Assembly (NCBI GenBank): GCA_002255025.1
Contig: NJEJ01000003.1
Span: 3,132 to 27,131 of the forward strand
Length of the DNA stretch: 24,000 bases
DNA from: Candidatus Bathyarchaeota archaeon ex4484_135
GTDB taxonomy: Archaea > Thermoproteota > Bathyarchaeia > EX4484-135
Direction of reading: 5' to 3'
Positions within the stretch are counted from its first letter, which is position 1. Each line of letters starts with the position of its first letter. The notes under the pieces were generated by a model, which was not told the origin of the DNA, searched no databases, and was given only the letters and a program-made list of their open reading frames with translations. Shown piece by piece: positions 16,431 to 23,886 of the stretch. The position numbers were made by a program, and so were the translations under genes.

Positions 16431-17579
16431 TCAGGTAAGCCCTTCTTGGGTCAGTATCTCCCGCACTATGGATCTCTGGACGGCGAGCCTTATCTTCTTC
16501 GTCCTGCCGTACCGGCCCATGTTGACCAACTGGGCGTTCAACAGCCCCATCATATCTAGCTCGTTTATGATGCTGCTTATCCTCCTCTGCGTCAGAGGCG
16601 TCAGCCCCATCCGGCTGCAGATGGCCGAGTAGGCAGCGTATATCTCGCCAGTTATGACTGAGCTGACCTTCTTAGTCTTCTCGTAGACGGCCAGGAGGAT
16701 TAGCTTGGCGTGGAGCGGGAGGCTCCTGATGGCCTCCACGATCCGGTCATATTCTATGCATTTGACGGCCTTCCTTACGTGTTCTACCTCGACCTTGCGG
16801 GCTCCCTCACGCTCGGCTATCTCCCCTGCCACACGGAGCAGGTCCAGTGCTCTACGGGCATCGCCATGCTCCTGGGCCGAGAGAGCTGCACAGAGCCCAA
16901 TCACGGCTTCTGAAACGGCCCCATCAACGAAGGCTTCCCGGGCCCGGTCCCACAATATGTCCCTGAGCTGGGAGGCGTTGTAGGGCTTGAAGACCATTTC
17001 TTCCTCGCTGAGAGAGCTCAGGACCCTTGGATCTAGATGTTCCTTGAATGTGAGGTCGTTTGAGATACCTATTAGACATATCTTGGAGCCCTTCAGCTCT
17101 GGATTCAGGCGTGTCAGCTCGTACAACAAGGCATCGCCATGTGCCTTCACGAGTACGTCAACTTCATCGAGCATTATTATGAAGACGAACTCACGACCAA
17201 TCAAGGCCTTCTTGAAACGCTCTAGGACTTCTGCCTTCGCAAGGCCCGTGAAAGGCACCTTGACGCCCAGGGCCTCGCACAGGGAGGCCAGGATGCGGTA
17301 CTCCGTCCCGGCCATGCGGCAGTTGATGTAGCAGGCCACGACCGGTGCTCCTATCTGCCTTGCCTTGGCCGTGAGTTTGTCGAGCACGTACCTGGCAACT
17401 GCTGTCTTGCCAGTGCCGGTCTTACCGTATATGAAGACGTTAGAGCACTTCTGGCCCTTTAGGGCTGGTGCTAGTATGGATGCCAGAGTCCTGATTTCTT
17501 CCTCACGGTGCGGTAGCTTCTCCGGGACGTAATCGTGCCTTAGGACATCCCTGTTCTTGAATATAGTGTTCCCCTTCAA
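16431..17579 (-). CDS. cdc6: Orc1/Cdc6-family replication initiator (AAA+ plus winged helix)
   Basis: NTIFKNRDVLRHDYVPEKLPHREEEIRTLASILAPAL...SNVFIYGKTGTGKTAVARYVLDKL...FVFIIMLDEVDVLVK...ICLIGISNDLTF...SLSEEEMVFKPYNASQLRDILWDRA. The ORF extends to 17816, but the extra N-terminus looks non-coding and contains an ORB box; the TTG at 17579 is proposed. Confidence 0.93.
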   Translation of the reverse strand: MKGNTIFKNRDVLRHDYVPEKLPHREEEIRTLASILAPALKGQKCSNVFIYGKTGTGKTAVARYVLDKLTAKARQIGAPVVACYINCRMAGTEYRILASLCEALGVKVPFTGLAKAEVLERFKKALIGREFVFIIMLDEVDVLVKAHGDALLYELTRLNPELKGSKICLIGISNDLTFKEHLDPRVLSSLSEEEMVFKPYNASQLRDILWDRAREAFVDGAVSEAVIGLCAALSAQEHGDARRALDLLRVAGEIAEREGARKVEVEHVRKAVKCIEYDRIVEAIRSLPLHAKLILLAVYEKTKKVSSVITGEIYAAYSAICSRMGLTPLTQRRISSIINELDMMGLLNAQLVNMGRYGRTKKIRLAVQRSIVREILTQEGLT

Positions 17580-17643
17580 GAATTGGTCGAAAACCTCATC
17601 AACAGGGGACCTTACCTCAGGCTCGAGATCCTCGACACCCGCA

Positions 17644-17670
17644 CCCCCCTGTTTCCACTGGAGAACCTGC
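17644..17670 (-). promoter_or_regulatory. ORB-like origin recognition box A
   Basis: Minus strand reads GCAGGTTCTCCAGTGGAAACAGGGGGG, close to the archaeal ORB form TTCCAGTGGAAAC-N-GGGGG. Confidence 0.8.
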
Positions 17671-17691
17671 GGCAATACTGAAACATCCATG

Positions 17692-17716
17692 GTTCCTTGG
17701 TTTTTGAACAAGGAAC
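17692..17716. repeat. Inverted repeat / hairpin 1 in origin region
   Basis: GTTCCTTG (17692-17699), 9-nt loop GTTTTTGAA, CAAGGAAC (17709-17716); perfect 8-bp arms. Confidence 0.8.
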
Positions 17717-17766
17717 AGTCCCCTCCCTGCGTGCTAGGCTGCATGCCAGAGTTCTTAAGCAGTTTT

Positions 17767-17782
17767 GTCGAGTTTTCTCGAC
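17767..17782. repeat. Inverted repeat / hairpin 2 in origin region
   Basis: GTCGAG-TTTT-CTCGAC; perfect 6-bp arms around a 4-nt loop. Confidence 0.75.
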
Positions 17783-17847
17783 TACCAGCCGACCATATGA
17801 CGCAGTTCTTCTCCACCTAAGCTCTGATGACTATGGCTTGGTCGAAT

Positions 17848-17881
17848 GGTCCTCCAGTGGAAGCCGAGGGGTAGAGGGGGG
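17848..17881 (+). promoter_or_regulatory. ORB-like origin recognition box B
   Basis: GGTCCTCCAGTGGAAGCCGAGGGGTAGAGGGGGG on the plus strand. Confidence 0.8.
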
Positions 17882-17955
17882 CACGTACCGGCTTTAAGCG
17901 TGCATGTTGAGGAGGCAGGTCCTATTGTGAACCTGTTTTTAATCGGGTGTGGGAT

Positions 17956-17990
17956 CCCCCCAACCCCTTCCCTTCCACTGGAGGAGGTCA
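17956..17990 (-). promoter_or_regulatory. ORB-like origin recognition box C
   Basis: Minus strand reads TGACCTCCTCCAGTGGAAGGGAAGGGGTTGGGGGG. Confidence 0.75.
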
Positions 17991-18175
17991 ATTCACTATT
18001 CGGCTGAGCTGATATTGGGGCCCTTGACTTCATGGTGAAGCCTGTGAAGACCAAAACACTGGAAAAATAAGTCCTTTGGTCGAATGGCCTTCTTTTCCAA
18101 GGCTCTAACTTCACAACCTTCACAGAAAGCCTTTAGAGCTTGTGAACCTGTCGAAGTAGTGAAGGGGCCGGCCCC

Positions 18176-18589
18176 ATGCCGCCTAGGAAACTCAGGATAG
18201 AGGTCTACGACTGGGAAGGTACCAAGTACGTCTTGAGCGTGGAGGGCAGGCTCACGAGGGAGAAGATAGCCTTCCTCCTAGAGATGGTAGAGAGGATGGG
18301 TGCCGTGCCCGAGGAGGAACTGGTCCTCAGGCCTCTCCCAGCCGAGATGACGCTTTACGAGAAGCTACAGCTCGTCATAGAGCGTTACTTCTCGGGCACT
18401 TGGTTCACGACCAGGGACGTGAAGGAAGCATATGAACAGGAATTCGGTGAGCCCATAAAGCTCAGCACTGTCTCGACCTACCTGGCTAGGATGGCCGAGA
18501 GAGGCATGCTCGTGAGGGCTGGCCCAGCTTCGGCCAGACGTTATAGGCTCAGGGCTGAGGTAGCCCGGCCTCTACCTGGCCCGTACTGA
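18176..18589 (+). CDS. Small winged-helix DNA-binding protein adjacent to the origin
   Basis: 137 aa; the C-terminal segment TLYEKLQLVIERYFSGTWFTTRDVKEAYEQEFGEPIKLSTVSTYLARMAERGMLVRAGPASARRYRL reads as a winged helix-turn-helix. N-terminal about 60 aa unassigned. Confidence 0.7.
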   Translation: MPPRKLRIEVYDWEGTKYVLSVEGRLTREKIAFLLEMVERMGAVPEEELVLRPLPAEMTLYEKLQLVIERYFSGTWFTTRDVKEAYEQEFGEPIKLSTVSTYLARMAERGMLVRAGPASARRYRLRAEVARPLPGPY

Positions 18590-18688
18590 AAGGACCTCAG
18601 AGGACATGTGAATTGGTCGAATACCCCATAACTAAGGCCTCCTAGGCCCCCTATATAGGCTCGGGCTCACGACCAATTACCTTCTGGC

Positions 18689-18698
18689 AGCTATTATA
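18689..18698 (+). promoter_or_regulatory. Putative TATA box for the gcvPA-gcvPB operon
   Basis: gctattataagc-type element upstream of the candidate starts at 18715-18736. Confidence 0.4.
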
Positions 18699-18714
18699 AG
18701 CCCGAGATAGCCGT

Positions 18715-20124
18715 TTGTGGTGCAGGGTGCTCAGGTTGACGCCAGCACACCCCTACATACCTAACTCGGCCGAGAGCTCCAAACGCAAGCTCGTGGATTT
18801 CCTAGGCATATCAGACCCAGAGGAACTCTACTCGGATGTGCCCGAGGTCGTGAAACTGGATAGGCCCCTTGAGGTCCTGGGCCCACTGCCCGAGCAAGAA
18901 ATACTCAAGCGTATCAAGGAGAAGCTATCAAGCGTTAAAACGGCTTTAGACATGCCTGTTTTCCTAGGGGCAGGTTGTTGGCCCCATTACGTCCCGGCCG
19001 TGGTGGATTTCATATTAGCTCGGACGGAGTTCTACACGTCTTACACGCCCTACCAGCCGGAGATAAGCCAGGGGATGCTCCAGGCCCTCTGGGAATACCA
19101 GAGCATGGTATGTGAACTCACGGGCATGGAGGTAACTAACTGCTCCATGTACGATTGGGCTTCTGCCCTCGGGGAGGCAGCCCGCATGGCCGTCCGGATA
19201 ACGGGCCGAAAACGCGTGCTCGTCCCGAAGATAATACACCCTGAGAGGCTCGAGGTCCTCAAGGCCTACACGGAGCCAGCGGGCATAACGGTCGAGCAGG
19301 TCCCCTACGAGCCCGAGACAGGCCAGATGGACTTAGAGGCCCTCAAGGCCAGGATGGGCTCAGATGTGGCAGCTGTCTACGTGGAGAACCCGTCATACCT
19401 GGGATTCATAGAGACGCGTGTGAAGGCCATAGGGGAGATAGCTCACGACCGAGGTGCCCTATACGTGGTCGGCGTTGACCCGATATCGCTCGGCATCCTC
19501 GAGGCACCAGGCAACTACGGGGCTGACATAGTGGTCGGGGAAGGGCAACCGCTCGGGAACCACATGAACTTCGGCGGCCCCCTCTTGGGCATACTGGCCT
19601 GTAGGGCCGAGAGGCGTTTCATATGGCAGATGCCTGGCCGCATAATAGGCCTGACGGTCGATTCCGAGGGCAGGAAGGCCTTCTGCATGGCTTTACAGGC
19701 CAGGGAGCAGCACATAAGGCGTGAGAGAGCCTCCAGCAACATATGCACGAACGAAGCCCTCTGTGCCGTGGCAGCTGCGGTCTACCTAGCCCTCCTGGGC
19801 CCAAAGGGCCTGAGGGAGCTCTGCGAGACCATAATCTACAGGTCCCATTATGCCATGAAACGCTTGAACGAGCTCCCGGGCGTAAAGGCCCCGTTGTTCA
19901 AGGCCCCCCACTTCAAGGAGTTCGTGGTCAACTACAACGGCACCGGCCTCACGGCCAAAGCCATCCACGAGGGCCTCTTAAAGGCCGGCATCCACGGCGG
20001 CAAGCTCTTAGCGGGCGAGTTCCCAGAGCTAGGCCAATCGGCCCTATACTGCATCACAGAGCTCCACACAAAGGAGGACATAGATCGGTTGGCCGAGGCC
20101 CTAAGGGGTCTTTTGGAGAGGTGA
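18715..20124 (+). CDS. gcvPA: Glycine dehydrogenase (decarboxylating) subunit 1
   Basis: HPYIPNSAESSKRKLVDFLGI...FLGAGCWPHYVPAVVDFILARTEFYTSYTPYQPEISQGMLQALWEYQSMVCELTGMEVTNCSMYDWASALGEAARMA. TTG at 18736 (MTPAHPYIPNS) may be the real start. Confidence 0.95.
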   Translation: MWCRVLRLTPAHPYIPNSAESSKRKLVDFLGISDPEELYSDVPEVVKLDRPLEVLGPLPEQEILKRIKEKLSSVKTALDMPVFLGAGCWPHYVPAVVDFILARTEFYTSYTPYQPEISQGMLQALWEYQSMVCELTGMEVTNCSMYDWASALGEAARMAVRITGRKRVLVPKIIHPERLEVLKAYTEPAGITVEQVPYEPETGQMDLEALKARMGSDVAAVYVENPSYLGFIETRVKAIGEIAHDRGALYVVGVDPISLGILEAPGNYGADIVVGEGQPLGNHMNFGGPLLGILACRAERRFIWQMPGRIIGLTVDSEGRKAFCMALQAREQHIRRERASSNICTNEALCAVAAAVYLALLGPKGLRELCETIIYRSHYAMKRLNELPGVKAPLFKAPHFKEFVVNYNGTGLTAKAIHEGLLKAGIHGGKLLAGEFPELGQSALYCITELHTKEDIDRLAEALRGLLER

Positions 20125-21675
20125 TTGGTCGTGAGCCAGCCATCATTTAGACAGGCGAGGTGGGACGAACCCATAATCTTCGAGCTAGGGGCACCCGGGC
20201 GGAGGGGCCACATACCGCCGAGGCCCGAGCCAGAGGTCGTGGAAGCCGTCGGGCCCATAGAGGACCTGCTGCCCGAGGAGCTTGTCCGCAAGGAACCGCC
20301 CCGGTTGCCCGAGATGTCCGAGCCAGAAGTCGTGAGGCACTTCGTGAGGCTATCACAGATGAACTACTGCCCCGACGTAGGCCTCTACCCGCTCGGGAGC
20401 TGCACCATGAAGTACAACCCGAAGATATGCGACCTCGTGGCCAGCACGGACCAAGTAAGGTGGGCCCACCCTTATCAGGACGAGAGGACCGTCCAGGGCC
20501 TACTGGCCATCCTATATGAGCTGAAGAAGTGGTTGGCCGAGATAACGGGCACACACGAGGTCTCCCTCCTGCCAGCGGCCGGTGCCCACGGTGAGTTCCT
20601 GGGCTGCCTCATCATAAGGGCCTACCACAAGCGTAAGGGCCAGCTAGTCGAGAGGCGGGAGATGATAGTGCCTGATAGTGCTCACGGCACCAACCCAGCT
20701 AGTGCGGCCATGGCCGGCTTCAAGGTCATAACAATCCCCTCCGGCCCAGACGGCTGTGTTGACGTAGAGGCCCTGAAGGCAGCCGTCTCGAAGAGGACAG
20801 CTGGCCTTATGCTGACGAACCCGAACACCCTCGGCATCTTCGAGTCCAAGATAAAAGAGATAGCGGAGATAATACACGATGCAGGCGGCCTCCTATATTA
20901 CGATGGAGCCAACTTGAACGCCATATTGGGCAAGTCGAGGCCGGGCGATATGGGCTTCGATATAGTGCACATAAACATCCATAAGACCTTCGGGACCCCA
21001 CATGGCGGTGGGGGGCCTGGCTCAGGCCCGATAGGCGTCGTGGAAGAGCTAGAGCCCTTCCTGCCCGTCCCCAGGATAGAATACGATGGCGAACGCTACT
21101 GCCTGAACTGGGATAAGCCGCTGGCGGTGGCAAAGATAAGGGCCTTCTTGGGCAACGTGGCCGTCCTAGTGAGGGCCTACGCCTACATCTTGGCCCTGGG
21201 CCCCGAGGGCCTTAAGGAGGCGGCGGAGGTATCCGTCCTGAACTCCAACTACCTGCTGAAGAAGTTGGCATCCTTGGAGGGCATAGAGGTCCCCTACGGG
21301 CCAGACAGGCCCAGGAAGCACGAGTTCGTGGTAAGCCTCAAGCCCCTAGAGCGTTCCACGGGCGTCAGAGCCTTGAACGTGGCCAAGAGGCTGCTTGACC
21401 ACGGCTACCACGCACCAACCATATACTTCCCACCCATAGTAGATGAGGCCTTCATGGTAGAGCCGACTGAGTCCTTCGGCGTAGAGGACCTAGATGGCTT
21501 CGCAGAGGCCATGCGGGCCATATTAGAAGAGGCTCGAGCGGAGCCCGAGAAGGTCCTTAAGGCCCCTTACAACACGGCCGTCGGCCGCGTGGACGAGGTA
21601 AGGGCATCGCACCCGAAGACCATGGTCCTGAGCTGGCGTATGCTGAAGGAGAGGGAAGGTTTATCAAGGGCGTAG
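20125..21675 (+). CDS. gcvPB: Glycine dehydrogenase (decarboxylating) subunit 2
   Basis: MNYCPDVGLYPLGSCTMKYNPKICD...GAHGEFLGCLIIRAYHKRKGQ...VPDSAHGTNPASAAMAGFKV...NINIHKTFGTPHGGGGPGSGPIGV (as IVHINIHKTFGTPHGGGGPGSGPIG). GTG at 20131 is an alternative start. Confidence 0.95.
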   Translation: MVVSQPSFRQARWDEPIIFELGAPGRRGHIPPRPEPEVVEAVGPIEDLLPEELVRKEPPRLPEMSEPEVVRHFVRLSQMNYCPDVGLYPLGSCTMKYNPKICDLVASTDQVRWAHPYQDERTVQGLLAILYELKKWLAEITGTHEVSLLPAAGAHGEFLGCLIIRAYHKRKGQLVERREMIVPDSAHGTNPASAAMAGFKVITIPSGPDGCVDVEALKAAVSKRTAGLMLTNPNTLGIFESKIKEIAEIIHDAGGLLYYDGANLNAILGKSRPGDMGFDIVHINIHKTFGTPHGGGGPGSGPIGVVEELEPFLPVPRIEYDGERYCLNWDKPLAVAKIRAFLGNVAVLVRAYAYILALGPEGLKEAAEVSVLNSNYLLKKLASLEGIEVPYGPDRPRKHEFVVSLKPLERSTGVRALNVAKRLLDHGYHAPTIYFPPIVDEAFMVEPTESFGVEDLDGFAEAMRAILEEARAEPEKVLKAPYNTAVGRVDEVRASHPKTMVLSWRMLKEREGLSRA

Positions 21676-21682
21676 CCGTCAA

Positions 21683-22714
21683 GTGGGCCCAGGGACGGAG
21701 CCCTTGAAGTTCCTCATCTATGGGTACGGCGACGTAGTTCAGAACCGGATGGAAAAAGCCCTAAAGAAGCTGGACATCAAATTCGCCATAGTTGAGGTAG
21801 ACGAGGCTAAGATGGAGAAGGCCCGCCAGAAGGGCATAACCGCCTATAAATACGGTGAGGAAGACCCTTACATAAAACAGTTCAACGCCGTTATAATAGC
21901 GACGCCGCCTGACAGGCACTTTGAGCCCTTCAGGAAAGCTATCGACAACAGCGTGCCGGTCATGGTGGAGAAACCGTTAGCACATGACCTAGAAACAGCG
22001 AAGAAGATGAGAAATATGGCAGAGGGAAGACGCCTGGTCTGCATGGCGATAGACCACTATGTTCTCAAGTTCTTCGAGAACACATCAGCTAGGAAGGACC
22101 ACCCCGTCTTCATATCTGACGATAGGGACCTAGGTCTCAAAGCCGTGGGGAAGGATATGCCTCCCATGCCCGATTATGGCTGGGTCAACAGGATCGTCAG
22201 GAACCTGGTCACGAGGTCCCTTGTCCTCATGCTCAGGAACCTCTTGAGCATGTTGAACGAGGAGATAATGGAACGTGGGATAAGGTACAGGGGTATTTTG
22301 CCCGGCGGTGGCTACGAGGACCTGTTGAGGAGAGCTCACCATGATTTAGAAGAACTCTACAACCTGAGGGCCATAAGATACCCAATATGGAGGATGACCA
22401 TGCTCGATACCATAGATAGGTTAGGCGTGGACGAGCTCTACGAGAACCTTAAGGACAGGCTTGACGCGTTGGACAAATTCATAACGGTGGCCAGCCACAG
22501 GAGGCTCCAGCTCCTCTTCCTGATACTTACGCTCGTTACCATTTTCATATCTACTTCCGCCCTCATATTGCAGGAGATAGTGGAATCCCTTGTGGCAGCA
22601 GGCTTCCCGCTAGTCCTGGCCAGTTTTACGGCCTTCTTCCTGACGGCACTGGCCATAATTGTGATTTACTACGCTATCTATGCCCTCACGTCACGTATCA
22701 GGGTCCGCACCTGA
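21683..22714 (+). CDS. Gfo/Idh/MocA-type Rossmann-fold domain protein with C-terminal pair of transmembrane helices
   Basis: N-terminus LKFLIYGYGDVVQNRMEKALKKLDIKFAIVEVDE...NAVIIATPPDRHFEPFRKAIDNSVPVMVEKPLAHDLETAKKM. The C-terminus has a polar helix followed by LQLLFLILTLVTIFISTSALIL and FPLVLASFTAFFLTALAIIVIYYAIYAL. Confidence 0.8.
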   Translation: MGPGTEPLKFLIYGYGDVVQNRMEKALKKLDIKFAIVEVDEAKMEKARQKGITAYKYGEEDPYIKQFNAVIIATPPDRHFEPFRKAIDNSVPVMVEKPLAHDLETAKKMRNMAEGRRLVCMAIDHYVLKFFENTSARKDHPVFISDDRDLGLKAVGKDMPPMPDYGWVNRIVRNLVTRSLVLMLRNLLSMLNEEIMERGIRYRGILPGGGYEDLLRRAHHDLEELYNLRAIRYPIWRMTMLDTIDRLGVDELYENLKDRLDALDKFITVASHRRLQLLFLILTLVTIFISTSALILQEIVESLVAAGFPLVLASFTAFFLTALAIIVIYYAIYALTSRIRVRT

Positions 22715-22737
22715 CGCGACCCTCAGGGGGATGGCTG

Positions 22738-23886
22738 TTGAAGGCCGATGTGGCCGTGATAGGTGCTGGCCCAGCCGGTTCATCAGCTACGGCTGTCTTG
22801 GCCCGCGAGGGCTTTGACGTCGTCTTATTGGAAGAACACGCTAGGCCTGGCGTACCGCAGCACTGTGCTGGCATGTTGACGAAGGAGGCCTGCCGTAGGT
22901 TGGGCATAAGGGTCCCGAGAGGAGTTGTTCAATCCGAGCCAAGTCATGTGGTTATCCATTACGGCTCTACGTCCTTTAAGGCTAGGTTAGATATGTATGT
23001 ATTGGATAGGGCTTCATTCGACCAGTACATGGCCGAAACAGCCGTAGAAGCCGGTGCTGAACTCCTAACAGGCCATAAGGTGATTGGGATGCGTAGGTCC
23101 GGCCATGGCTGGCTTTTGAGCGTGAGAGGCGGTCCTGAGCTGGCATCTGAACTCGTTATAGGTGCTGATGGCTATAAGGCCCTTAGCCTTAGATGGGCTG
23201 GCCTTGAAAGGCCATCGGAAGTTGCTTCCTGCCTCCAGTACGAGCTTAAGCTAGATCGTGAGGTTGACCAGGACATAGTGGTCTGCTACTTCGGTTCCTC
23301 GGTAGCCCCGGGAGGATATGCTTGGGTGGTCCCAATAGGCAATAAAGCTGTCAGGGTGGGGTTGGGTGTCAGGAAGGCCTCAAAACCAGCCCGTTTTTAC
23401 TTAGATGCCTTCGTAAAGAAAGAGTTCCCGAACTCTAAGATAGTGAAGCGGATGGCGGGCCTTGTCTCGACAAGCGGTCCCGTAGTCCCGAATTACACGG
23501 GAGCCTACCTGGCAGTTGGGGAAGCAGCTGGCCACGTAAACCCGCTGACAGGTGCCGGCATAGCTTCCTCCATGGTCTCTGGTCGAATAGCCGGCCTCAT
23601 AGCCTCGAGGGCCTTGGAAGAAGGGGACTTCTCGGCCCTAAGGCTATCGGAACATTACACCACTTGGAGGTCCGTAGTAGGTCGTTATCACGAACTGGCC
23701 ATGGAAGTCCGTAGGGCCCTCGAGTCCCTGACGAGCGAGGAACTCGCCTGCTTGGTCAAAGACATGTCGCGAGGAAGTAGCAAAAGCCGGCTTTCCCTCA
23801 CGGCCTTAAGTCTGTTGGCGAGGAATCCCAAGTTCGTCAAGTTCTTGCTCAAGGTGAGGGAGCTTAAGGTAGCCTTATGCCTCTGA
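22738..23886 (+). CDS. Geranylgeranyl reductase family FAD-dependent oxidoreductase
   Basis: DVAVIGAGPAGSSATAVLAREGFDVVLLEEHARPG...HCAGMLTKEACRRLG...DRASFDQYMAETAVEAGAEL...YAWVVPIGNKAVRVGLGV...YLAVGEAAGHVNPLTGAGIASSMVSGRIAG. TTG start. Confidence 0.88.
   Translation: MKADVAVIGAGPAGSSATAVLAREGFDVVLLEEHARPGVPQHCAGMLTKEACRRLGIRVPRGVVQSEPSHVVIHYGSTSFKARLDMYVLDRASFDQYMAETAVEAGAELLTGHKVIGMRRSGHGWLLSVRGGPELASELVIGADGYKALSLRWAGLERPSEVASCLQYELKLDREVDQDIVVCYFGSSVAPGGYAWVVPIGNKAVRVGLGVRKASKPARFYLDAFVKKEFPNSKIVKRMAGLVSTSGPVVPNYTGAYLAVGEAAGHVNPLTGAGIASSMVSGRIAGLIASRALEEGDFSALRLSEHYTTWRSVVGRYHELAMEVRRALESLTSEELACLVKDMSRGSSKSRLSLTALSLLARNPKFVKFLLKVRELKVALCL

Larger units (their letters stand above)
17580..18175. 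other. Putative chromosomal replication origin (oriC) region
   Basis: Lies next to orc1/cdc6 and holds three strong ORB-like sequences with G-tracts, two perfect hairpins, a possible fourth degenerate ORB, and little credible coding sequence once the cdc6 start is corrected. Confidence 0.75.

Noticed and set aside
16705-16983. Plus-strand ORFs (16705-16983, 16987-17331, 17557-17820, 17697-17897) opposite orc1/cdc6 and across the origin
   Set aside because: Serine/threonine-rich antisense shadow translations with no family signature; those at 17.6-17.9 kb run through ORB boxes and hairpins.
19515-20554. Overlapping minus-strand and alternative-frame ORFs across gcvPA/gcvPB
   Set aside because: The glycine dehydrogenase subunits are highly conserved and explain the sequence; the others are compositional artefacts.
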